The notes under the pieces are model-generated. The model was not told the origin of the DNA. It saw nothing but the letters and a program-made list of their open reading frames with translations, and made no database searches. Both the position numbers and the translations under genes were made by a program. Below are positions 1-12,900 of a stretch of 64,000 nt of DNA, piece after piece. Within the stretch, counting starts at the first letter, position 1. Every line of letters starts with the position of its first letter. This DNA comes from Lama guanicoe (Eukaryota), in contig MU053376.1 in the NCBI GenBank assembly GCA_013239625.1, positions 210,833 through 274,832 of the forward strand. The letters are read 5' to 3'.

Positions 1-812
1 CATCACCGTGACCAGCACAACCGGCCTCTGCCTCGCTCCACCCTCAGCGCTTTCCAGGCTGAGGAGGAGGGAGTGTTCAGTCTCCCAGGCTTCAGACTTA
101 ATCGCTGTCCTTCCTCCACCTCGACCCTCCCGTTTACTCAGTCTCTTCCATTCTCCCCCATCACACATTCTCCTCTACTCCGGGGTGCTTCCCCTCGGGC
201 TGGGGGTGGCGGGGGGGGGGTAAATTAATCCGCTTGACTGCAGCCCCGTAGTGTCTACTCAGATCCACTAGCCTTCGTATCAGTGTGAAGTCGGTTCCTC
301 ATACTCATCCTGCTTAGAAAAGTGGGTGTGGGTCAGTAGCCCAGGTGGTGACTGGCTGCCTGTTTCATTTTTCCTTTTTAGTATCTCTTATTTGCATTCC
401 CAAGAATGGGAAGTGGAAGAAAACCCTGGCATGGCTGGCCCTCACCCGCCACGGGCAAATACTTCTGTCTTTCCCAGTTGAGTTCGGTTATCACCTTTTC
501 TCTGGGCCCCTCCTGGACCTGCCCGGGTAGGATGGCTCCCTGAGCTCCCCACATGGCCTCTGGCCACTCCTCCATAAAGCAGTTAGACGGGTCATCACGG
601 CTCTGAGCTCCTGGGTGCCAGCAACTCTGGCCCCTCTGCACCCCCCCTGAGCCTCGCACAGTGCCTGGTGCTCAATAAATGCTCAGCCTGCCCTGGAGGA
701 ACATCTCTCTGGCCCTGCGCCTCTCTGGCCCCGGCCCCCTTGCCACGCTGGGCCTCCTCCCTACACCTGGCCAGCCGGTCTCCCTGGCGGAGCGAGGCCC
801 AGCCCCTCTCAC

Positions 813-958
813 CAGACAGCATGCGGCCCCGGCGGGAGGCCTCGGTCGCCAGGGCACAGGAGATTTCAATCCGCTTCTCCTGCTCCTGCAGCTGGCTCTC
901 TGAGTCCTGGGGCACGTCCACAAGGTCCCCCTCGCCGATGGGCACCACGTTCTGCATA
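813..958 (-). CDS. PLEKHA6: PLEKHA6 exon (S)MQNVVPIGEG...ASRRGRMLS, 146 nt
   Basis: Acceptor ctcttcag, donor G|gtgaga; phase 2 in, phase 1 out. Confidence 0.95.
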
Positions 959-3900
959 CTGAAGAGGCACAGACACACAGACATGGAGTGGGGACAGGGT
1001 GGTTCGACGGGCTCGGGGGGCCTGCAGACTGAGGTTGGCGGAGGGGCCAGGGCCCTGTGAATGTGTAGACTCCAGGTCCCAGCAAGGCTGTCACCAGGGG
1101 TGAGTGGGACCCTGGCAGAACACATGTTGGGACCCCTACCTGCAACATTTTTAAATGAATTAGAAAGTTCAAGTGAACATTTAGGGCAGCCTTGCAGGGG
1201 GAAAGAAGGCCCCAGAGAGCAGCCCGTCAGTGTGTGCTGGTGACAGCTGTGCTGCAGCCAGTAGGTCTTTTTAGCACCGACGGCAGGGTCCCTGGCCCTG
1301 CCGTGTGCCTGGGCCCAGTCCGCTGCCTGGAGCCGCTGCTTCCTGTTGCTCTCTGCTGGGGAGGCACAGGGCCCCCAAGCACACGGGTCCGGGTGCTGGA
1401 TTCAGTGGCACTAGGTGCCAGGGTGGGCAGAGGAAGTGGAGGTTCACCAAGGAATGTTACCTGGACTTGGCAATGAGCGTCTTGATCCTCTCCACCTTCT
1501 TCTGCTTCTCCTTCAGCTCCTCTGGGCTCAGGGGAGTGTCAGGCTCCAGGTCGATGTACCGTTCAGGGATGAGGACTTTGTCTGGGGTGGAGAGCTGCGG
1601 AGGGACCAGGGTCACCGCCTGCATCCCCTCACAGGGTCTCTCCCCCCCCGCCCCTCCTAGACCCCACTCACCTCCTTACTGATGTCCACATCATAGTGCT
1701 GGGGCTCCAGCTCCATTTTGCGAAGCCGGGCAATTTCCTCCCGCGGTGTCTCGTAGGCCTGCCCGCCAGGCTCCTCTGCCCGCAGAGCTGCCTCCAGGTT
1801 GGAGATGTCCACCTCATGGATGCTGCGGTGACGGCGCACCTGGGGGCGGGCCTGTCATGACCACGCAGGGCCTTTGTCCCACTGCCAGCAGCACCTCCAC
1901 TGTTCCCCATGCCTCCAGGCAACCCTTCCCACACCTGGGTCCTCCATGTCCCTGTCCAGCACGCCTGACCTGGACAGCACCCCACTGTTCCCACTGCCCC
2001 CGCCGCAGACCTGCTCCTTCCACGCTGCTTGTCCAAAGCCTGCTCACCTACCGGGGCCCGGGGGTGAGCTCTCCTCACTCTCCCCCTCAGCACTCCCCTC
2101 CCTGCTGTGCCCGTGTTCACACTCGGTGCCACAGATTTTGGGCAGTTGAACCAGTATGTCTTACACTGACGTCTAATCTTTCCATATGATAGAAATTCCA
2201 GTCCACCAACTAGAACGTAACGTGCTTGAAGGCAGGACCTATGGGTTGTAACTTTTCTGTATTGCTGAAATTTAATGGAAAGAAAAACTAGGCAGATGCC
2301 TTGGGTATCTGCATTCAATAGCTTTGTGGCCCAGAATGCCCTTAATTTCTCATGACTTTGTTTCCCTATCTCTAAAATATGGAGAATACTTCCTAACCCA
2401 GCATTCTTGAAAGACCAAACGGGAGAACGTGACAGGGACTGTGAACGGTACTGCGCCACGCGATGGTGAGATTACGGTCACCTTCGGTAACCCAGCCCAG
2501 CGCTAGGCACATAGAAAATGCTCTAGAAACATGTACAAGTGAAGGCTACTTCTGGTGTTAGACTTTGCACTGTCTTCTATCAACTGAATTTTGTAGAACT
2601 CATTTCAACCAAAATAATCAAGGCATTCCTTTTAGCGAGTTATTATTCTTGAAACACAAAAAAGGAAACACTTGTTGCAGGTGTCTCTTCCCGTCAGCAG
2701 GGAGAAGCCTCCCCCAGGTCTCCCAGGAGCCCAGCTTGGGTCCTCCCTTCCAAAGACCTCTTCCCTCCCCGCCACCCCTCCCAGGCTGGCCACACCCCGG
2801 GAGCCTGCAGAAGCCGGGCATGCCTGTGGGGGCTGAGAGGACGTTACCACTTTGTAGGCGGGCCGGGTGCTGGGGTCAGGGGCCGGGCTGGCTGGGAGCT
2901 GCAGGCTCCTCCGTTTATCCTTCATGGAGCCGCTCTGGTGCCTCCGCATGCGGTCGATCTGCTCCTCCACGCTCATCTTGACCTTGCCCTCGCCAGGAAA
3001 CACAGCACTCTTGGGGCGCTCCTGCTGCAGCGGGAGAATGGGGCTCTACTGGGCGCCTCAGCCCCCACACCCAGCTTTTCATCAGCCTTCATCCCTTAAC
3101 ATTTCCCTTCTCTGGGAAGCCTGCCTGTGATGGGCTGAAGAGTGGACCCCAAAAGGTACGCCCAAGTCCTAACCGCAGTACCTGTGAATGTGACCTTTGG
3201 AAATAGGGTCTTTGCAGACGGAATTAAGTTAAGGATCCCAAGATAAGATCTTCCTGAATTAGGGTGAGCCCTAAAGTGAATGATGGGGGTCCTTATAAGA
3301 AACAGAAAAAAAAAAAAGAAGACACGTAAGAGTAGAAGGTGATGTCTGGATATGGACTTTGGCCTCCACACCGGTGAGCCAATAACCTTCTGTTGCTTTA
3401 AGTCACCAAGTCTGCGATGTCTCGTTAACTTCCTAGCAACCCCAGGAAACCACCGCAGTGCCTCGGGTCAGCACGTTTGACTCCGACCACTGACTTTTGC
3501 GTTTGTATTTCATCACCAGCACATTATCATCATTTTGTTAAATATTCTCGAATCTTTATTATGTGTATCTTCCTTGTCCCTGGACATGTCTCCTTGAAGG
3601 AGAACTCCTTCACTTGCCCCACCTGCCTCTGCCAGCCCTGGGATTCTTGAACAGTGACAGATGGGTGGACACACAGAGGCCCCCAGGCTCCCAGCCCAGC
3701 TGGGGCTCTCGGGCCCGCGGGCTGCACTCACCCGGGAGGAGAGTCCATTGGTGAGCATGTTGGTGGTCCTCCTCACCACCCTTGACGGGGTCATCTCTTC
3801 ATCCGAGGGTGACTTTGTCCGGGGGGGCACAATGCCAACTGCAGGGAGACACAGTAGCCAGCGGGCCTCACAAACAGCAGGAAGTCAGGGACACGGGGGC

Positions 3901-6900
3901 GCCTGCTTCTCGGAGAGGCTCAGTCCCACCCAGCGTGGAGGTGGAAGACCTCGGGTGGGGAAGCCCCTCTTCGGACGTGAATGAGCACCTCTCTGGGCTC
4001 CTCTCTGAGCCTTAGCCTCATGTCTAGGGGAGGACGGGACAGGAGGTACCTTTGTTGAGAGCTGCCTGCTTCTCTGCCTCCACCTCTTGCCTGGTGGGCA
4101 CAAGGCTGATGTCTTTAGTGGTGTCCAGGGGTAATGTCTGGTGGGGGTCTTTCTTGCTTGGCTCATAGCTTGCCTTGGGCTGGGAAGAAAGAATGAGAGG
4201 ATGAGTGATGCTAGCACGACCACTGAGAATTTGGCCCCGGTGGTGTTTCTTTTGCAGTGGCTGGAGAGCAAACCCTTATAAAAACACGGGGTGGGGAAAC
4301 TGTGTGCCAGTTGGGGAGTGGGCACCGGAGCCTCCGGCCATGCCACCTGAAGACTGGTGGAAGCGGGGCCATCTTGAGGAATGAGGACTCGGGGGCCCCA
4401 GGGGGCCCCTCAGCTGAGGCCCATTGGAGACATCCCTCAGCTTGACCAGCCCTCCTGGCAAACACCAGAAGCACAGATCGTGAGCCAGAGGAGGAATGGC
4501 CAGAGGAGGGGACTACAAGGATCTCTGAAAATTCTGTTGGGACCTCACCTAAGACTGGAGCAAAGGAACCAGATGAGCTTTGGGGGAAGGAAAGGGGCAT
4601 TTAGGTTGTAGGTTCACAGGATCATGTGACCAGAAAGGGACCTCAGACATCATCTGAACCATCCTCTCCTGCAGCTGAAGAATCTGAGTCTCAGTGAGGG
4701 GAACACAGAGAGAAGATGAGGCCAGAGGTCAGAATCTTCAGCTCCAGCCCAACTACAGATCATTGGTAAGTCCCACCACCTTTCTCTGTCTGTACAACTG
4801 AGGTGACGGTACCTGCCTGCTCTGCCCACCTCAATGGGCAGACCCTCAAGGGTTGTGCATGTTACCAGTAGCTGAGCTTGGATGACAGTACGGGTTTTCC
4901 AATTTTAGCCCTCTTTCTACTCACTATGCAACCTCTTCCAAGCCTAACTGCACATTTCTCCTGGATCTTAGCCAGGGATCCAGGTGAGAGAAGGAGACAG
5001 AAGAGGGGAGCAAAGGGTCTCTATCCTTATGCTCAGAGGACGTAGACAAGGCAGAGACATAGACAAGGGGAGAGAGAGAGCAAGAGGTCTGGGGTCTGAG
5101 GTGGACAAGAGCAGGAAGGGACTGGATGGCACAGGCGGGGGTTGGGGGAGTGGTCACTGGATTTTCCATCATCAGGTAGGGGGTGGGGCGCAACCCACCA
5201 CCCACAGCCATGGGCTGCCACGTGGCCACTGTCCATAGGAAGCCAAAAAGGGGGAAAAGGGGACAGTATGAGGGTCTTAATCATCCCTTTCCTCATCCCA
5301 GAGTCCAACTGGACAGAAGGCCAGTAGAAGCTGTGGGGACACTGGAATGGGGACAGTGATTCGGTCCCCTGCCTGGCCCTGTTCCCTCCGTCCCTGCCCT
5401 CCAGGACCCAAGGGTGCTGGGTACCTGACCCCTGGCTGTCTCGCCACCGCGGTGCCAGGAAGGGGAGGTGGGGTATGGCCAGAGGCGGCTTTCGCTAGGG
5501 AGTGGAGGCACGGTGGGAGGAGACTCCAGGGGGACGTAGGCTTTGGGGAGGGGAGGCCGCGGCGGGCCGGGCTCCTGAGGCAGAGAGAAGCCAGAGCGTT
5601 AGGAGAGCAAGAGCAGCCACTGTGAGAGCAGAAGAAAAGAGCATTAGCAGGAGGCAGACAACGACGTGGCTGGAGACAGGGGCGGCCCCCACACCACCGG
5701 ACCCCCACCCCCGGGCCTGGATGGAGCGCCAGCTCCAGAGCCAACCCTGCCTGGCCTCCAAGGCCCTCCCCTGCTGAGCCCCCACCTGTGCACTGGTCCC
5801 CAGTTTTTCTCCAGAGCTCTCTCCTCATCGCCTCCCCGTGACCAGTGGGCACATCCCAGGCCCGCACCTTCGCTCTGCCATCTCTCCTGCCTGTAATGCT
5901 CTTTCCCTGGTTCCTCCACCCGTCCCAATGTGTAAGGAACATCAGAGCATTTACAATCTGAACCACATGGCTCAATATTGAGAAATTAGGCCACCATGTT
6001 CCAGAGGAGGGCTATTCACTGTGGATCGGTCTTGACCCCCATTGGACGCTGGGTGGGGTCAAGGCCCTCGGGCATCTTTCTGAGAGGGCCTTACACCATG
6101 CCTTGCCCAGAGTATAGCCTTGGAAAACACTTGCTGACTGACTAGGAAAATGCTCCCCACACTGACCCGCAACCTTCCCCCCACGCCGAACAGATCTAGG
6201 TTTAAATTCCTGTTAAGTGTTTGGTCTCTTTGCTAACCAGCCTGGTACCCAGGAGACTTCCCTGAAAGGCAACTAAAGATGACAGCTGGAGACGAGAGCA
6301 GGTAAAGGAGAAAGCTGGAGGGAAGGTCACCAGACTGGGAGTGAGAATGACCACCTTAGGCTGGGAGACAAAGCCCTAGGACTGGAGGCCTCCGGGGAAG
6401 AGATGGGCACAGAATTTGCGTAGTTTCAGGCAAATGAGGACCTGGTCCTCCCTCCCCCACCTACCTTCTACTCCATCATCTCCGCTTACCTCACTGGATC
6501 CGGGCTTGGTGGGGGACCCCTGAGAGCCAGATACCAGCGAAAAGGGGCTCAGGGGGCTGGTGAGGCTGGCGGAGCTGAGAGGGCTGGCAGGGCTGTTGGA
6601 GCTGTAGGTGGCTGAGGGGCCAAGTCCTCCTTGGGGGAAGCAGAAGAGGAGACAGGTGAGGCAAAGGGAAGTGGTGTGGCCTGGAGTGTGGCTGGGCTCT
6701 GCAGGTGGGGGAGGCTGGGGAGGACTTCGTGTCTCAGGGCCACCTGGGTCTGCTGAAGGGACTTAAGACAGGGGCTGGGTGGCAGGCTGGCTGTTGAGAG
6801 GTGAGCTGGGCAGGGGAAGATGACGGATGTAAATGACCCTACTGCCTCCAGGTGTCACCGAAAGCCAGCCCAGGGTCCCAGGGCTGAAGGAAGATACTCA

Positions 6901-9900
6901 GGTAGTGGTCTCACATCACCAACAGGCCCCCGGGCTTAGGGCCTGGTGAGCTGCAGGTGCTCTTTGACCCGTCCTGGGGAGGAGTCTAGATTCAGGATGA
7001 CAGCATCTCTGATTGGTATATTCTGGGACGGGGCAGGGGGGTGGTAGACCAGGGAGCCCTACCTGCCTACCATCCCAGGGCCCTGGGGAGAATTCTGGAG
7101 CCCCGAAAAGGCCCCGACTGGCTCTGAGCACAGTGCGAGGGCCTGGAGGGAGAGGTGTGAGTTGGCAGGTGTGGGATGAAGGCCAGAGATGCCTGGAGCT
7201 TTTCTGGTGAGGCGAGAAGCCCAGGAGGCTGGTGGAGGGAGCACTCACCTCTGTGCTTGGCCGTGTCTGTGCCCCGGGAGGGGTTATTCTTCCTCAGCCC
7301 CTCCATCACATCCTGGATCCTCCAGATCTCCTTCTGGATTTGCCGGCTGAGCACCTCATTCTGAAACAGCCACAGAGCAGGTCAAAGGAAGTGACTGCTA
7401 AGGAGCACCCCAGCCTTCTCCCCCATCGGTTTGGACCAGCGGTAGGTAGGAGCCTGCACGCGCACACACACCCTGCCCCACTGGTTCCTCCAACACATTT
7501 ATCTTTCTCGGGGGCAGCCTCTGCCTCTTCAGCGTCTACGAAACAGAGCTCTGGAATTGCCCGAGAACAGGGCTCTGTCATCACAGTAAAAAGCCCGTCT
7601 GGGTAAACATGTGGTTTCAGAATCAAGAGAGTGAGGACCTGCCCCTCTGATTCTGTGCCCCACCCCTCAAGGGGGGCTCAGGGTGGTCTTGGAGCGAGTG
7701 CCCCTCTGGGTTGACACTTGATGGTGACCTATTTTCCAGGGGCGAGAGCTTCTAGTTTATTGTCTTTTTTTTTCCCATCCAAATAGCCCTTTTGTAATAC
7801 CTACACTCAACCTACACACATGAATTCTATTCAGTTACAGTGTCCACTCTTTGAAAAATTACAGCTACGTTTTATGTAGCATCTCCCCACCGCACACCTG
7901 TGCTGAGTGCCCTGCAGACACGAGTTCACTGCGGCTGCCACACTGCACACGTCTCCGAGGCAAGGGCAGAGGCTGGCCCCCCTTCAGAGGTGCAGAGGCT
8001 CACACCCTGGGCTGTCTGTTAGTAAGCAGTGCGACCACCATCTGAATCAGGGTCTGTTTGGCTCAAGAGCTGGTGCTCTCGACCACGACACTATCCTGCC
8101 TCCTAAAATGTGCATGTTGACAGTGAGGCTTGCTCACGGGACGTGGGTGGCATTTGGGGCCCCTGGTTCGGAGGCCCTTCTCCCCACCCACCTAACCAGC
8201 TGCCAGGTTGGTGGTGGGTTTTGTTACCAGGATGGAAACAGGAAGAAAATGGGGGAAACCAGGGTGTTAACTGCATCGGAGAGACAGAGCTTGCCAAGGG
8301 AGCTGGAGGAAGGGCAGAGCCCAGGGAGAGAAAAGACAGAGGGAGGAAAAGATGAAGAATGCCCCCAGAATGTCCATCTTCCTGCCTGCAAGCAGAGTGT
8401 TTCTGACCCACCTCCGAAAGGAGGGCCTCTGTCCCATCTAAACCCCCCCCCAGTGGATCATCCCCACACTGTGATCTCTTCTGATGTCACCAGGGAGATT
8501 TGTATTTATATTTCTACCTGGGGTCTGGCCGGTCTGGGGAGGGGGACACAGAGGGAAGGGAGAGGGCACGGGGCAGAGACACTCTGATGACAGCACAGGC
8601 CTCCTAGGAGGCCCAGCAGCCCATCCTGCTGGTAAATCCTTTCAGTCATAAAGCACCTTACTTCTAGTCTCCCACGCTGTGGCTTTCCCTCTCCCCCCGT
8701 GATCTGACGGAACCAAAGGGGAATCTCACACTATCTTCACCCTGGAACTCAAAGAGTCTATTTTAAGAGGCCCTAGCCTTGTCTTTTGTCTTGGGACCAA
8801 CTCCTTGTCTCAAGTCTCTGAAAGCTCTAAAGCAAGAAAGCAAGCCACTTTGGTCCCTTTGGGCCAAAAGGACAAAGGAGGGCCCGCGGCCCCCAGCAGC
8901 CCCCCTGCCTGGGGGCCCTCTTCACCTGGAGGTCCAAGCTGAGCTGCTCCCAGAGCTCGTCATGCAGGGCGGAGACCTCTGACTCCAGGCCCTCGTATTC
9001 CACGGTGCTGTTCGCCAGGGCCTGCGGGGTGGGGGTGTGTGGGGGATGCTCACTGAGAAGCTGCAAGTGCCAAACCAGCTCCTCGTCCTGCCTCAGGGCC
9101 TGGGGCCCGGGTACCTGGGGTCTGGCCGGTCTGGGGAGGAGGACACAGAGGTACGGGAGAGGGCACGGGGCGGGGACACTCTGATGACAGCAAAACACTG
9201 GCCTTCTAGGAGACACAACAGCCCATCCCTCTGCACGCTAAAGAGAGGAAACGGAAGACTCTCCACGTGGCAGGCAGGAAAGAGCCAGATGTGGCTGCTC
9301 TCAGGAGGTTAGAGACCTTCCTCCTCTCTGCGCCACGTTTTCCTGCGGCCTTTGCTGCTGCCCCCAGAGCTATTCCCCAGGTAGTCTGTGCTGGGGGCTC
9401 TGCTCTGCGCGCTGGGAGGTAACTGGGCAGCATGTTGCCGGTGCCCTGGTTCCCCAGGAGAGAAGAGGAGGTGGGCAGCAGAGCTGTCAGAGCAGCCAAG
9501 GAAGTAGGTGCCCCTCGACTTTGCGTGTGCTGAACGAGTCCTGCTGCAGGTACGGCTTTTGGGAAACGAGCTAGTCTCCCAGGGACAAGTAGGCTGGCGT
9601 GTTTGCTGCCCCTTTGCAAGGCAGCGTTAAGTGTCACACCGCTCCCAGAGAGGCACCCTGCCCGTGCCCTCCGAGGAGAATCGGGGTTAGGAGAGCGCAG
9701 CCTGGAAGGGGTGGCTGCCCGCCGGCGCCGACCGGGGCTGGGGGCACAGAGCCGGCCCCGGTACCGTAGTGGCCTGCGACAGCTCCACCCGGATGTTGAT
9801 CAGCTGGTTCTGCAGCGACTCCTTCTTGTGCAGCAGCTTCTCCGGGTAGGCGGGCTGGCTTCCAAACATCTCCAGCTCCTGGTGGGTCCCCATCAAGGCA

Positions 9901-12900
9901 CTTTCCAGGCTCTCCTGAAGAACGGCAGGGAGATGGCTGTGAGCAGCCCTGATATCTCCTCTCGGGGACTTGGAGCAGCTGAGGCCTGAGCCTTAGGGGT
10001 TCCGCCAGGCAGCTTAGTGGAGGTGGTCCTCACACTAGCTCAGGTCCCCAGAGGAGCTTCAGCACTTCCAACTAAGAGTAGGACAGAAGCTTAAGAAAGG
10101 ACAAAGCTTCGTCAGCTTAGTCAGGATAGAGACAGCAACCCGCACCTTCTCCAGGCCAGTCCCCCCATGTGCCCCCATTCACGGCCACCTCACAGATCTC
10201 ACCTTCTCAGCTCGGAGCTGCTGCACCAGCCGGTCCTGCTCCCTCACCACCTTGTTCTGCTCACATAACTTGCCCAGCAGCTTCTGGGGTCCCGAGGGGG
10301 TGGGGGAAGGGAAGGAGAGAGAAGGGGTGAAGGACATGGTTTGATGGGGACCCGGGAACTGGGTCGGCAGGGCCGTGCCTCTGGATACCACCTCCTCACC
10401 CGTGCCGAGTGAGGAACCCCGGGCCTCCACCTTAACCTTGGAGGCTCCTGGGAACAGGAAGATGGTCTTCACCTTGAGAGACTCCCCAAAGACCCACTGG
10501 GAGAGAAGACACGCTTATGCTCTGAGGAAGTGAGTCAGCTTGACAGAGGAGAGGCCTAAGAGCCAGATATTAAGATCCTACACTCCCATCCTCCCGAGGT
10601 TCCAGCTCGCAAGGGGCTGAGAAGACAGCATGGCCTTGCTTCCTAGGCCTCTAGGTGGGCATGGATGGGAGAGGTAGGCTGTGTTTCTGAACAACAGTCT
10701 TAGAAAACCTAGTGAATGATGTAAACTGGTCCCCCAGTCCCACAGGCCCCTGTGCTCCCCTCCCACCCCCAGAGTCTCAGGATGGCTGATGCTGGGGTCC
10801 CTCTGAGGTGTGGTCCTTGCCTGGATGGAGCCTCTCCCATGCCTATTGGACAGATCTGCTACCCAGGCCAGGCCAGTGGGAAGAGGCAGGTTAGGCCAAA
10901 CTTCTCTTCTGGGAAGACCTGTGCTTTCCTGAGTCCACATCTTTATCCAGGCCACTCCTCAAATACCCACTTAGCTCCTTTCTGTTGAGCCAAGTCTTGT
11001 CCTCTGGGGCTTTTACTTCAAGGCCCAGCTCACATACCACCTGCTTTGTCCTGGCCCACCAGCCCACAGGTCGCACTGCCCTGCACTCCTGCAGACCCTA
11101 TTGCTGTTTGCTCAGCGTATGAACCACCTGCTGCTGCCTGATGCTACTGGCATCTCCGGCTACCCAGCAACCCCCTGAGGGCTGGGCAGGGCCCTGTTCT
11201 GCTTTCCAGGGCCCCAGGGACCACACCAGGCTGGGCACCGAGCAGACTGCTCTACCTCCTGACAAAGCTTTGCATTCCGGTTACCAGCAGACACCAGGGC
11301 TGTGGCTAACAGGGCCTCGAGGTCAGTGGAGACACACACGGCCATCGTGGGAGGCAGGGGTGAGTGGTGAGGAGAAGAGGGGCACGAGGAGGGACACGCA
11401 GAATGTTGTCTTTGCGGCGAGAGAGGACATGAATCGAATGTACGAAGGGCCACAGGAGGAAGAGAGATGGACAGAGGAAAGGCTCCCCCAGAAGAGCGCG
11501 AGGAGGAGGCGGCGGCGGCAGCGGGAGGGGCTGGAGTGGGCAGAGGGGGAGCAGGAGAGCTGCTCTTACATCTGTGTCTTGCTCGTTTAACTTGTAGGTG
11601 TGGAGGCTGTCCCGGAACACTTCTGGGTACGGAGGGACCTGCAGGAACAGGAGGCGGGTTACTGCAGCCGGGGACAGACGGGGGCGTGTGGTGAGGGAGA
11701 GCTCACCACCCTGGCTCCACTCCTGCCGCAGACCACCGTTCATCCCTTCAGGCAGCATCCGTTCGGGGACCTGAGCTGAGCTAGTTCTCTGTCCCCTGGC
11801 TGGAAAGTGGGACCACCGGGCCTAAGCTCCATCTGGACCATCTGGGGCTGATTCTGACGGTAGAGACGCCGCGTAAATCGTGTTTTGCATCTTCTCCCCA
11901 CTGAGCCCTAGGGTCTCCTGCCGGGAGGGACGCCCGGGCTGTGGCTCCCAGATGGCTTACTGGTAACAAGCGTGAGAACACCAGTTAAGTCCTGGCGTTC
12001 CCGAGGGGAGGACCTGGGAAGACGCAACGCGCGTTGGAAGCGTTTGAGAACTGCCCTGGTGCACTGAGCGCCAGTCACAGGGCTGGTGCCTAAACCAGGA
12101 GGGCCTCTCGGTCCAGCCAAGGCGGCCTGCCCTTGGTGACACATGCAGCAACCACAGCACGTTCCACACACCCCCCTCATGCCCTGAACCAAACACGAGA
12201 CAGGAGTCCTGGACATTAAGGCAGACTGGCAGTCCCCGGCGCGGCATGAGATGTCAGTGCTGGCTGTTTGGATGGTTTGGGAAATGGGCCTTGGGTTCAC
12301 TCGTGAACGTGAAGAATGGAGGAGACACAGTGGAATTAAAGGAGGGCGACCAGGCTGAGGCTGGGAGATGAGGCCTGGCGGGTGAGCAGGCGGACGGAGC
12401 AAGCCCCATCCCCGAGGGACGACCCGACCATGCAGGAGCCGCTGAAATGGCGTGGACGGACCGCGCTGCCGGCGGAGGTCTTACTTGCATGAAGAGCTGG
12501 GCCCTGGGGGAGGAGTTTTCCACCATGTGGTTCACCATACTGATGAGAGTCTCACTCTCACTCATCTGCGGCAGAGGAAGGAACGGACGACTCAAACTCA
12601 GCCCCACAGAGAGCCGGCTCCCCCACGCGTGCCTCTGCTCTGCTTTCCGGGAGACAGGACAGGGCCGCCGCTGCGGAGGCCTCCAGCACCCTCTGCCTGG
12701 CCCCGCCCGCCGCTCACCGCGTGCGAACTCCATCTCGGAAGCTGCCCTTGAGGAAAGGCCACAGAAGGGAGCTGCAAGGTTACTGTGTTCTGGCTCTCGG
12801 CTCTGAAGAGTCCCCCGGCTCAGTGCCACTTCCCCAGGGTGCCTGAGCGTGGTGGGCCTCAGCCCCTTGGCCCAGCTCTAATTTCTCACACTGATTTGGT

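Noticed and set aside
446..518. 73-nt candidate exon in the last visible intron
   Set aside because: Weak acceptor, not frame-preserving, and no resemblance to the PLEKHA6 C-terminus.
6630..6743. 114-nt in-frame 5' extension of exon 6490-6629
   Set aside because: The frame is open, but the upstream AG has a poor pyrimidine tract with competing AGs, and the extension is the normal polypyrimidine tract. Likely coincidence.
11306..11569. Open reading through the donor at 11569 (intron-retention C-terminus)
   Set aside because: The C/T-rich intron is naturally stop-poor, the peptide is low-complexity and no polyA signal is nearby.
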